Origin: Felis catus
Taxonomy: Eukaryota
Length of the DNA: 64,000 nt
Reading direction: 5' to 3'
NCBI RefSeq assembly: GCF_018350175.1
Contig: NC_058368.1
Location: 148,430,001 to 148,494,000 of the forward strand
Shown here: positions 50,551-62,565 of the stretch, piece after piece
How the letters are laid out: each line of letters starts with the position of its first letter
Numbering within the stretch: the stretch's first letter is position 1
Made by a program: the position numbers and the translations under genes
The notes under the pieces: model-generated
What the model saw: only the letters and a program-made list of their open reading frames with translations
The model's database searches: none
What the model was told of the DNA's origin: nothing

Positions 50551-53500
50551 AGTTATGAAATAGTTGGCATAAGGAAAGCAGTTACTGGATTTTTTTTAGA
50601 GATGCAGCTATTACTCTATGTTTATTGATAAAGTGGAATAAATCTATTAAAATATACTATAAAAGATATTCATTTCTTGCCACAGACAGATGCAGGGTAG
50701 CAATTTTATGTGAATGAATCTCCTCCACTGATCTAAGCTTTCTCTTGACTTGGTCTTCCCACAGTCAACACTGGCATGCTGATGGTGACAGTGGTGGGGT
50801 GAAGAAAGCCAGAGCATCAGTAAATGTACTTGGTCATATATATTACAGCCATGTTCTCCAACAGCTTTTATGTATAAACAGCATGTTTTGTTCTCCATTT
50901 TTCTGATTCCTCTAGCCAATTATTAAGTGGTTCTATACATAAATAAACAAGGGAGAATTGATATTTTTCTATAATGCTTCATTCTCCAAAGAGTTATTTT
51001 GAAGACTCATTACACAATGTCAATAAGGTAAATATCAGGTGATATTCTTGAATACTATTATGATTAAAGCTGAAGACATTCATAAAATGTCTATTTGAAA
51101 ATTTTTGTTTTTTGTTTTCCTATTTGAAAATTTTCAAAGGAGAAAATATTTTTTTTTCTTCCAAGATTTTATTTAAATTCAAGTTAGTTAACATATAGTG
51201 TAGTATTGGCTTCGGGAGTAGAATTCAGTGACTCATCATTTTCATATAACACCCGGTGCTCATCACAAGTGCCCTCCTTAATGCCCATCACTCATTTAGC
51301 CCACACACCCACCTCCCCTCCAGCAACCCTCAGTTGGTTCTGTATAGTTAAGAGTCAGGCTCCTTATGGTTTACCTCCCTGTTCCTGTCTTATTTTATTT
51401 TTCTTCCCTTCCCCTATGTTCATCTGTTTGGGTTTTTAAATCCCACATATGAGTGAAATCATATGGTATTTGTCTTTTTCTGACTGCCTTATTTTGCATA
51501 ATATTCTCTAGCTCCATGTCATTGCAAATTGCAAAGTTTCATTCATTCTCATGGCTGAATAATACTCCATGGTATGTATGTATGTATGTGTGTCCATCAG
51601 TTGATGGACATTTGGGCTCTGTCCATAATTTGGCTGTTGATAGTCCTGCTATAAACTTTGGGATGCATGTGACCTTTCAAATCATTATTTTTGTATCCTT
51701 TGGATAAAAACCTATTAGTGCCATTGCTGGGCTATAGGATAGTTCTATCTTTAACTTTCTGAGGAAACTCCATACTGTTTTCCAGAGTGGCTGACTAGTT
51801 TCCATTCCCACCAGCAGTGTAAGCGGGTTCCCTTTCCCTAAATCCTCACCACCATCTGTTTCCTGAGTTGTAAAGTTTAGCCTTTCTGACAGGAGTGAGG
51901 TAGAATCTCATTTTGGTTTTGATTTGTGTTTTCTTGATGATGAGTTATGTTGAGCATTTTGTCATATGTCTGTTAGCCATTTGTTTGTATTCTTTGGAGA
52001 AGTATCTGTTCATGTTTTCTGCTCATTTCTTAACTGGATTATTCACTTTTTGTGTGTTGAGTTTATAAGTTCTTAATGGATTTTGGATACTAGCCCTTTA
52101 TCAGATATGTCATTTGCAAATATCTTTTCCCATTCTGTGGGTTGCCTTTTAGTTTTGTTGATTGTTTCCTTTAATATTCTAATAGTTTTCTTTCTCACTT
52201 TTAGGTCTTTCATCCATTTTGAATTAATTTTGGGGTATGTTGTAAGAAAGTGGTCCAGTTTCATTTTTCTGCACGTTGCTGTCCAGTTTTCCCAACACCA
52301 TTTGTTTTTTCTATTAGATATTTTTTCCCACTTTGGCAAAGATTAGTTGATCATATAAGTTGTGGTCCATTTCTGGGTCCTCTATTCTGTTCCACTGGCC
52401 TAGGTGTCTGTTTTTTTTGTGTGTCAGTACTATACTGTCTTGATGATCACAGCTTTGTAATACAGCTTGGAGTCTGGTATTGTGATGGCTCCTGCTTTGC
52501 TTTGCTTTTTCAATATTACTTTGGCTATTCAGGGTCTTTTCTGGTTACACACAAATTTTAGAATTGTTTCTTCTGGCTCTGTGAAAAATGTTAGTGTTAT
52601 TTTGATAGGGATTTTGTTAAATGTGTAGCTTGCTTTGGGTAGTATAGACATTTTAACAGTATTTGTTCTAATCCATGGAATGTTTTTCTATTTTTTGTGT
52701 CTTCTTCAATTTCTTTCATAATGTTTTATAATTTGCAGAGTACAGATCTTTTAACCCTTTGATTAGGTTTATTCCTAGGTATGTTATGAATTTTGGTGCA
52801 CTTGTAAATGGAGTTGATATTTTTATTACTCTTTCTGTTGCTTCATTATTGGCTTCCATGTATTTTTTTTTAATTTCTTCTTTAATTTCCTGGTTAGCCA
52901 ATTCATTATTTAGTAGGATATTCCTTAACCTTCATGTGTTTATGGCCTTTCCAAATTTTTTCCTGTGGTGGACTTCAAGTTTCATAATGTTGTGGTCTAA
53001 AAATATACATGGTAATGATCTCAATATTTTTGTACTCATTAAGGCCTGATGTGTGAGCCAGTACATGATCTAGTTTGGAGAATGTTCCATGTGCACTCGA
53101 AAAGAATGTGTATTCTGCTGCTTTAGGGAAACATGCTCTGAATATATCTGTTAAGTCCATTGGTTCCGTATGTCATTCAAAGCCATTGTATCCTTGTTGA
53201 TTCCCTGCTTCGATTATCTGGCCATTGTTGTAAGTCAGGTGTTAAAGTCCCCTACTAGTATTATATCATTAGCAATGAGTTTAAGTTTGTTATTAACTGA
53301 TTTATATACTTGGCTTCTCTTTAGTTGGGTATATAAATATTTACAATTGTTGGATCTTTTTGGATGGACCCTTTTATGATGATACAGTGCCCTTGTTTGT
53401 CTCCTATTACAGTCTTTGGCTTAAAGTCTAGTCTATCTTATTTAAGTATGCTTTAAGTATCCCACTTTCTTTTGATGTCCTTTAGCATGAAAAATGGTTC

Positions 53501-53791
53501 TCCATCCCCTCAGTTTTAATCTGGAGATTACTTTGTGTCTAAAATTAGTCTCTTGTAAGCTGCATCAATGAGTCCTGTTTTTTTTTTAATCCATTCTGAT
53601 ACTCTGTATATCTTTGGATTGGAGCATTTACTCCATTTACATTTAGAGTAATTATTGATAGATATGAAATCAGTGCCATTGTATCATCTGGAAAAATAGC
53701 TGTTCCTGTAAATTTTCTCTGTTCCTTTCTACTCTATGTTGCTTTTGGTCTCTCTTTCCTACTCAAAGGGTCCCTTTTAATAATTCTTGCA

Positions 53792-53988
53792 GGGATGCCT
53801 GGATGGCTCAGTTGGTTGAGCATATGACTCTTGGTTTCAGCTCAGGTCATAATCTCATGGTTCATAGGATTGAGACCCATGTCAGGCTCCATGCTGGGTG
53901 TGGAGCCTGCTTGGGATTCTATCTCTCTCTGTCCCTCCCCTGCTCATGCTTTTTCTCTCTCTCAAAATAAATAAATAAACATTAAAAA
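53792..53988 (+). mobile_element. CanSINE (older type) in L1
   Basis: TSD AATAATTCTTGCAG. Confidence 0.95.
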
Positions 53989-54655
53989 AATAATTCTTGC
54001 AGAGCTGGTTTAGTGTTCACAAATCCTTTAGTTTTTGCTTGTCTTGGAAATTCTTTACCTCTCCTTCTATTCTGAATGAAAGCCTTGCTGGATACAATAA
54101 TCTTGGCTGCATATTTTTCCCATTTTTCCCATTAAATATATCATGCTATTCTCTTCTGGCCTGCCAAGTTTCTCTGGACAGGTCTGGTGCCAACTTTATG
54201 TGTCTACCCTAAAAGGTTAAGGACTTTTTGTCGTTAGCTCCTTTCAGAATTCTCTCTTTATCTTTATAGTCTGCAAGTTTCACTATGGCATGTCTTCGTG
54301 TTGACCTGTTTTGATGATTTTGAGGGGAGTTCTCTGTGCCTCTTGGCCTTGAATGCCTGTTTCCTTTCCCAGATTAGGAAAATTCTCAGCTAAAATTTAT
54401 TCAAATAAACCATCTGTCCCTTTTCCCACTCTTCTTCTGGGACTCCTACAATATGGATATTACACTTTATAGAATCACTGATGTCCCTAGTTCTATATTT
54501 GTGATCTAATAGTCTTCTTTTCTGATCTAATAGTTTTATTTTCAGATTCATTAATTTCCATTATTTTATATTCTGTATCACCTATATGATCCTCTGCTTC
54601 TTTCATAGCTGTAATTACAACCAGTCAGTTTTCCATCTTAGTTATAGCATTTTCT

Positions 54656-54892
54656 TTCTTTTTTTTTTTTTTTTAATTTTTTCTTTCAACGTTTTTTATT
54701 TATTTTTGGGACAGAGAGAGACAGAGCATGAACGGGGGAGGGGCAGAGAGAGAGGGAGATACAGAATCGGAAGCAGGCTCCAGGCTCCGAGCCATCAGCC
54801 CAGAGCCTGATGCGGGGCTCGAACTCACGGACCGCGAGATCGTGACCTGGCTGAAGTCGGACGCTCAACCGACTGCGCCACCCAGGCGCCCC
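54656..54892 (-). mobile_element. Young SINEC_Fc in L1 ORF1
   Basis: 16-bp TSD AGTTATAGCATTTTCT; intact CpGs. Confidence 0.97.
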
Positions 54893-56392
54893 AGTTATAG
54901 CATTTTCTATTTCATGTAACTAGGTTTTAGGTATCTTATCTCTGCAGCAAGCATTTCTCTGAAGTCTTCTGTGCTTATTTCAAGCCCAGCTGGTATTCTT
55001 ATGACTGTTGTTCTAAATTCTTATTCAGATATATTACTTATATCTGTTTTGAGCAAATCCTTGGCTGTGGTTTCTTATTGATGTTTCTTTGGGAGAGAAT
55101 TCCTCTGTCTTGTCATTTTGTCTAGGTTCCTGTCTTTTGAATGTTATGAAAGCTTGTTATGTTTCCTGCTTCTGAGGGTAATGCTGTATTAAGAAGGGAT
55201 TATACTGTCCAGGACCTGGCACTTCAGGAAGTATTTCTGATGTATGCTGTGTGTACTCTGCTATTGTGATTTGGCTACTCTTTCCCCCAGGTCATTCCTC
55301 TGCAGAGCTCCTCCTTGCTTGCAGTGGGGAGTGTTTGGACCTTTAACTAGGTGTGCTTTGGTTCGTTTGTTAAAATAAGCCTGATTTAAAAAAAAAAAGA
55401 AACAACCTTATCCAAGAACATAAAAAGAAAGACATAGAGAGAGGAAGAGAGAAAAGAAGGAACAAAAATAAATAAATAAATAAATAAATAAATAAACCCC
55501 AAACAGACAAAACTATAAGCCTGATTCCAAAAAAAAAAAAAAAAGAAAGCAAAAAAGAAGACAAAGAAAAAAAAAAAGAAGAAGCCTGATTCAAACAATG
55601 AGGAAAATTCAAAACAAACACACAAATAAAATTATAAGTCCAATAAAGAAAGCAAGCAAGCAAGCAAGCAAGCAAGAAAGAAAGAAAGAAAGAGAAACCT
55701 TGCCCTATTTCCACCAGAACTGAAACACGGAAGCTTATGCTTTGGAGCACTGCACGTTCAGTAGATTTGGTGATTGCAGGGGGCTGTGTTGGTCCTCTGG
55801 GAGACAGGGCCTCTTCACTGGCTCACAATCAGACCTGGCCTTGCAAAGATGACCCCATAGGGCATAGGGTGCAGGGTTTGGTAGAAGTGGCTCCAGCCTT
55901 GACCTGGAATACTGTGTTGCTCTCTTAATTTTGACTGTGCTGGTGGGCAGGGAAGATGGCATCACCCTGCTCTCTTGTCCCCAGGTAGGGGAGCTAGCGT
56001 CCACCACTGTTCAAGCAGTCATCTCAGAAAAGCAAACAATCTCTCTTGTTGTGTCCCTGGCCATCAGATCCCTGCCCTCAACCATTCTGTGCCCAGACCA
56101 GCAACATGCTCAGCACCAAAGCTCTCTTTTCTCTGTTTTATCTCTGGTGGGAGACTGGATTCAAAATTCCAAATCTTAAAGGACTCAGCAAGGCACGGAC
56201 CGGCTAGCCTCCTCCTCCAGAGAGGCTTTCAGCAGTGCACTTGGCACTGTTCTGTCCCAGAAAAGCAATCCTATGGCTGTGGAGGAGCCTGGAGCTTATA
56301 GTGAATCACAGTGGAGAGCTCAAACCTCTTTATCCACCCTCTGTATGTAACTCTGAACCTGTTATTGAAAGGCTGCTCTAAGACACCAGCCA

Positions 56393-56605
56393 GGGGGCAC
56401 GTGGGTGGCTCAAACGGTTGAGCGTCCGACTTCCGCCCAGGTCACCATCTCACAGCTCCTGAGTTCGAGCCCCACATCGCGGTCTGTGCTGACAGCTGGG
56501 AGCCTGGAGCCTGCTTCCGATTCTGTGTCTCCCTCTCTCTCTGCCCCTAACCCACTCACATTCTGTCTCTGTCTCTCTCAGAAATAAATAAACATTAAAA
56601 AAAAA
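56393..56605 (+). mobile_element. CanSINE (SINEC_Fc) in L1 5' region
   Basis: Complete SINE; no clear TSD. Confidence 0.94.
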
Positions 56606-57657
56606 GAGAGAGAGGCAATACACCCTGTTCCAAAAGTACTCCAGGAAAGGGAATGTTCTCTCCCAGCATGACCCAGGGGATCCCCACATGAAGCTATCCA
56701 CTGTCTCTTCCCTAGCTTCCCCTTCTTCTCCCCTGGAGCACCAGTGCCCATCTGGATCTACACCAGCCAATGGTACAGACTTCCAAAAACACAACATTTT
56801 AGCTCCACTGTTTGCAAGAACTTGTGACAGTCAATAATAATAATTATTATTGTTGCTATTATTATCATTATTATTTTGTAGTTAGATAGTTCCATCAGTC
56901 TGGTGTTGCCAAGGAAATATCTTTGTTAGAAGACAAGATCAGAAAAATCACAATGCACCCTTAAGAAGATGTGAACCTCCTTATCTGTCTTGATTAAGAC
57001 GTGTGATATAAAAGATCAAGGTTTAGTTCCAGTATTAAGATTATAAACTATATAAGTATCCATAAAACATGATCATTTTAACTTTTGTTTTCCTTGATAA
57101 AATCAATAGCTTATGAACAATGATTACTTATATCTAAGTGTCTATTTAGAATTCTTTTGGATGTTGTAGAAAAAATTGCCAAATGCTAATACTGTAAGAA
57201 CTAATTTTCCCTGATTATAGCTACATGACAGCTATCCTAGAAGAAAAATAATTTTTAAAAAGCATTTGGAACCATTCCCACTGTTTCTCTTTTACCCTCA
57301 TTGAGCAATAAAGTATACACAATAGGGAAATTGACAAGTCTACTTTGGTAGCTGCAATTCAATTAAATCATGACTATTTGTCACACAAAAGTGACAACAC
57401 ATTTATTTTTTCACCACTCCTACATACCTTTGTAATTATACCATATGTTTTCATTAAATATGCTTAATATTTAATAAATATTATATATCTAGAAAATACA
57501 TAAATAGGATTAAATTAGAAATCCATTTCCAGTATATACTTGAATCATATACTCTCAATATACAGTTATACAGTAGCAAAAGAACATTGACACACATTGC
57601 TTAATATCCAATGTTAAAAACTGCTCCTCACATTGATAAAATGTTTTGGTAAACAAA

Positions 57658-57680
57658 TTTTCCTTTTTTTTTCTTTCTTT

Positions 57681-57720
<40 letters not shown>

Positions 57721-57797
57721 TTTTCTTTCTTTCTTTCTTTCTTTTTTCTTTCTTTCCCTTTCTTCTCTTCCTTTTTCTCCTCTTTTCTTTTCTTTTG
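57658..57797. repeat. (TTTC)n / pyrimidine-rich repeat
   Basis: Direct observation. Confidence 0.95.
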
Positions 57798-57974
57798 TAA
57801 AACATATTAAGTGTATTCTATTTCAGATAATACAACCATTAACTCAGATGAGGGGATTATTTTCTTTGTCAGTAAGTATACTGACTGCAGCATTCTCTAG
57901 TCTGAGTGAATCTAGTATACTTTGATAATAATTATGTTTTTTGCTCCTTTCATATATTTCACATATACATATGA

Positions 57975-57982
<8 letters not shown>

Positions 57983-58031
<49 letters not shown>
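57983..58031. repeat. (TA)n microsatellite
   Basis: Direct observation; one C interruption. Confidence 0.95.
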
Positions 58032-58254
58032 CTAATATTCAGTCACTCAAAAGTTCTTATCTCTCTAAATACTTGCCAAATTTCGTATGTTTTAAAACCA
58101 TTTAATCTTAGTAAATAGTATATTTTCTGTTTTAAACTTCTCACCCTCCGTCATTTGCATTTTATCTGACTGTTATGTTAGCCAATATTTTTTCATCTCA
58201 TCAAATCTCGTAAGGGAAAGGGTGTTAAGTTAAATTTTCCGAAGCTCAAGTTTA

Positions 58255-58480
58255 TTTTTTTTTTTAATTTTTTTTTCAACGTTTATTTATTTTTGGGACA
58301 GAGAGAGACAGAGCACGAACGGGGGAGGGGCAGAGAGAGAGGGAGACACAGAATCGGAAACAGGCTCCAGGCTCCGAGCCATCAGCCCAGAGCCCGACGC
58401 GGGGCTCGAACTCCCGGACCGCGAGATCGTGACCTGGCTGAAGTCGGACGCTCAACCGACTGCGCCACCCAGGCGCCCCC
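58255..58480 (-). mobile_element. Very young SINEC_Fc
   Basis: CpGs essentially all intact; TSD GAAGCTCAAGTTTA (58241-58254 / 58481-58494). Confidence 0.98.
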
Positions 58481-58655
58481 GAAGCTCAAGTTTAGAGAGG
58501 TCTAACATGAATAGTGAATGTATCTAACATGGACATGTCTTTTCCTAAACTACCTTTGCTAGTATTGGCTTTGTTTCTTAAGACAAATTTAATTCTATTA
58601 AGTTTCTCTTTTCCCTTCATTACACATCACAATCTTGATTTCTATTTAGGAAAAC

Positions 58656-59900
58656 ATGCTTTTCTCATTATCAATACACTTCCTCCCCTGTGTCTGTTTT
58701 AGTTCTCTGTCTCCTTACCTTCTCCATAATAAAAAAAAAAAAAACTTCTCCCCACAGGACAAAAATGCAGATTTGCCCAAGATAGGCCTGAAACTACTCA
58801 AGGAACAGAATGCTTCCAATGAGACTGTTTTCTTCATAATATAAGCCCAGAACTGCTAGTGTTCCTGGCAGAGACAGTACCTACATAAGAATGAAATTAT
58901 GAAATTCAGTTCATTCTCACACAGAAATATCCACATATTTATTGTTATTATTTTACTCAGGATTTAATGAAGGAGAATGTTCACTGAATCCTGATGCTAT
59001 TCTTGAATTTCTCCTTGCAAAAGAATGTATGAAATATTAATCAGTGTGGTGATGAGGAAATTTTTGTATTGATCTGGGTTTCCTTTAGTGAATTATTGTT
59101 CTAATTTCACCTGATTTTGTCAGAATTAGAAATTCCAGGATCCATTGAATGATTATTTTAAAGTTACAGCAAGATTTAATTTTTGCATATGCATTTATTT
59201 AGATACCTGTCTTAAGCATTGATACCTGTTAATCTCAATAATTGTTGTGTAAAGTTATGATATTGTTTTTATAAACTAAGTTCATTTACATGTGTCCTCA
59301 CTTTTGGAGTTCAAGTTCTTCTGCTTTGACTTCTGAATTATTTACAAGTTTCTGGGTTGTCCACATTCCATGATGGAGACAGTAAAGCCCTTTGACATAG
59401 AAGTCTCTGTCCTTGAACTAACACCCCCCAGCTACTCCTCTTTATCAAAGTAGTACTGGAAAACTTTCAAACTAATGTAATTCAACAATCCCCTTGAAAA
59501 TTTTGGCTCTGGATTTGCTTTTGGCCAAATTTGCTAATCTGTTTGCTCCAAACACCGTATGTGTCACATGTTGTTATGTAGAATATTGAATAATCTATCT
59601 TAGTTAGACTATTCTCCCCTTGGATCCTTCAGTTCACAAGCTGAGCAAAAGTCTGATTTATCATACAAAGATTTGCCCATGTGTGAAGATATAAGTAATT
59701 ATCCGAGAAGGAATAAGTTCCTACTGAATATTGATTTAGTATATGTCCTTGATGAGAATGATAGGTCCTTGTTTATTTGACTTAGTCTGATCCTTTTAGA
59801 GCGGCAACAAATCTGAGGGTGAGAGCAGTGGTCAAAATTCTACAGTATTACAAGGAGCTAGAGCAATCCCAAGGCATTCATTTCTCCTGGAGTCTCATTC
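58656..59900 (+). pseudogene. env: Decayed class I (gamma-type) ERV env
   Basis: Motifs in one + frame: IP*W (59365), LT*KSLSLN* (59392), LALDLLLAK (59503; ISD), TCCYV (59566), IGPCLFDLV (59761), VLQGARAIP (59845). Hydrophobic leader at 58656 and weaker SU-like motifs upstream; multiple stops; 5' boundary uncertain. Confidence 0.75.
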
Positions 59901-60093
59901 AGATGTAGTTGAAACAACTAAAAGGAGTGGGTACTATTTTGTAAAGCTCAATATAGAGATAAAATAAAAGTCAATTTGAAGACATCAGATTATGAAGCTT
60001 CATATAATGGATAGGGATGTTGCTGAGAAGAAGGGAAGGTGGTAAGCTATGTTCAGAACAGTTGAGTAGACCAAGATTCTCTAAATCAGTATA

Positions 60094-60416
60094 CATCTGA
60101 GCTTTGAAAAATGTGGAAGTTAGGAGCACTTACTCTCTGTACAGTGAAAAATCTGTGCATAACTTTTTGACTCCCCAGAAACTTAACTACTAATAATGGC
60201 CTACTGTTAATCAGAAGCTTTACCAAGAACATAAACAATTGATTCACATATGTTTCCTATATGTATTATATATTGTATTCTTACAATAAAGTAAAGTATA
60301 GAAAAGAAAATGTTATTAATAAAATCATAAGGAAGACAAAATACACTTACAACAGTGTACTGTATTTATAAAAAAAAATCATGCAGTTCAAGCCCATGTT
60401 GTTCAAGGGTCAACTG
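60094..60416. mobile_element. Tigger2a-like Tc1/mariner (pogo) non-autonomous DNA transposon
   Basis: Right TIR GTTGTTCAAGGGTCAACTG, degenerate left TIR CATCTGAGCTTTGAAAA, TA on both flanks, internal aactttttgactccccagaaacttaactactaat. Confidence 0.92.
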
Positions 60417-60609
60417 TATTGTGTACATTCTGTCCTTAGTGATGTCAGAGCTATCCAAGCTTCTTCTGCTAGGTCTCTGCTCTGTTATTCCACAAGTCAT
60501 ATGGAATACCAATGCAGAATGATAAGTCCCACTCTGATATACACTAGAATTGACTTATCTGAATATACTACTTACATATATGCTTTGCTTCTCCATTCAT
60601 TAATGTTAA

Positions 60610-60845
60610 TTTTTAAACAATGTTTATTTATTTATTTTGAGAGAGAGAGAGAGAGAGAGAGTGAGAGTGAGTGTACATGAGCTGCGGAGGGACAGAGGGA
60701 GAGAGACAGAGAGAAAGAATCCCAAGCAGGCTCTGGCTATCATTGCAGAGCAGGAAATGGGGCATGATCTAATGAACCATGAGATCATGACCCGAGCTGA
60801 AATCAAGAGTCAGAAGTTCAACAGACTGAGCACCCAGGCGCCCCC
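60610..60845 (-). mobile_element. CanSINE (older type)
   Basis: TSD ATTAATGTTAA. Confidence 0.95.
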
Positions 60846-60994
60846 AATTAATGTTAAGTTTTAATAAGTCTTTGCAGATGTCTCTACTTCATCCTTCAAA
60901 CTTCATCTTCAGTTTTAGGTATGTTCCATTAAAATATTATTCTAGGACTTATAGATTTTATCACATCAAAAAAGTAAAATGTTGGATTCTCCTC

Positions 60995-62565
60995 TTTTTT
61001 TAATTGAGATACAATTCACATAGTATAAAATCCATTATTTTTAAGTGTAAAATTCAGCGGCGTTTAGTATATTCACATGGTGTGTACCCATCACTATACT
61101 GTAATTCCAAAACATTTTTCTCATCACAAAATAAACTTCATAACACAAAACAAGCACTTCAAACTTAGCACAACATTTGTTTTGATTTCAGGGTAATGCT
61201 GATTTATATAATGAATTAAGAAATATTCTTCTCCTTCTCCTTCTCCCCCTCCTCCTTTGTAGAAGAGTTTGTGAAGGATTGTTGTTAATTTTTACATCAT
61301 GGTATGGTAAAATTCCAGTGAATCCACTTTATCGTGAGCTTTCCTTTGAGGGAAAATATTTGATTACTAAATCAATCTTTTTACTTGTTATAGGTCTATT
61401 TAAAATTTCTATTTCTTCTTTAGTCAGTTTGAGATTTTTTTGTCTTCAGAATTTGTCCACTTCATTTAGTTTATCTGATTTGTTAGCAAATCATTGTTCA
61501 TGTTATTCCTATATAATCCATTTTTGTTTCTGTAAAATCGGTAAGAATATCTTTTCTTTAAATTCTTGATTTTTTAAATTTCAATCTTCTCTTTTCTCTT
61601 GGTAACTACCTACAGGTTTGCAATTTTATTATCTTTTTAAAGAAATAATTTAGTTCTGATGACTTTTTCACTACTGTTTTTCTAAAGTTTATTGATTTTC
61701 ACTCTAATCTTTATTTGTTTCCTTGTGCTTATGTTAATTTAGTTTGCTGTTCTTTTGTCCCTGTCTTAAGGTGAAAACTTATGGCATTGATCTGAGATTT
61801 TTATTTTTGTTTTTAATATAGGTATCGTAGTTATTTTTTTGGTGACTTTTCTGTCTAAATCTGTAACTTCTGTATCTTTGTTGGGCATACCTTCAACCCT
61901 CAACCAAGCAGTTTATAATTCTGCTTTACTTTAACTTATTGCTTTTACAGAAGTTTAAATTCAGTCAGAGTTGGAAGATTAGGACCTTCTTAGGTGTTTC
62001 CTGAACATGTGCATGGCTATATTTATCCTTGAGGCCTCCAGATTCCCAGAAATATATCGGAGGTTTTCAAAGTCCCTATGGCTATCTTATTTCTCAGCTT
62101 ATTTTTTCAGCTTATTCCTTCAGCTATGATGTTAAAATATTTGATAAATGTGCTGCAACTTTTGACCTCAGAAGTTTTTATCACTAGGTCAAATAAAGAT
62201 AGATCTTCATACTGGTGTGTTCGGGGAACCACAGGCAGGTCAACTGATGAATTTTCTTTGAGAATAAAGCTTCAAAAGTGCTCCTGCCCCATTTTGCTCC
62301 CTCTAGTACTAGTAATATAGACTGTTATTTTCAAGGCTGATCGAAATTTGAGGACTAGAACTGGGGCTAGGGTAAATACAATTCCATACATTTACTGTTC
62401 TTCCTAAGATTCATCCACTTTCCTTTCCTGAATGTCTCCTTTTTTTTTGCTGCAAGCCTTTAGTTACTTTCCAAGTTCTAAACATTTTGATTCTAATTAT
62501 CACTGTCATGGTGTGGTAAATTTTCAAAGCTCCTCTCTCTACTATTTTCAATGATATTACCCAAT
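60995..62565 (-). mobile_element. Old L1 (L1MB/L1ME-like) 3' end, ORF2 fragment and 5' fragment
   Basis: ttttttaattgagatacaattcacatagtataaaat...; ORF2 antisense (ggtaaaattccagtgaatccac, ttacttgttataggtctatt); L1M-type 5' region. Confidence 0.8.

Larger units (their letters stand above)
51149..56830 (-). mobile_element. Near-full-length carnivore L1 (3'UTR, ORF2, ORF1, 5'UTR) with internal deletions and three SINE insertions; non-functional
   Basis: poly(T) at 51149; ORF track [35 protein letters not shown] (52073-52339) and MDLTDIFRA..AAEYTFFSSAHGTFSKLDH (52975-53160, endonuclease); ORF1-like ~54000-55150; GC-richer 5' region; 5' boundary approximate. Confidence 0.92.
59935..60965 (+). mobile_element. 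Probable 3' LTR of the env-bearing ERV, interrupted by Tigger2 and a SINE
   Basis: Follows purine tract AAAAGGAGTGGG (59920-59931); AATAAG poly(A)-like motif at ~60863; ends ...ATCACA; ~460 bp after removing the insertions. Confidence 0.5.

Noticed and set aside
50754..50825. Acceptor-like TCTTCCCACAG followed by a short open stretch
   Set aside because: Weak donor, no recognisable peptide and no partner exons; a coding exon cannot be supported
58656..59900. Possibility that the env is a captured gene such as syncytin-Car1
   Set aside because: Numerous in-frame stops and frameshifts and no long ORF; the same applies to the 5.7-6.3 kb env
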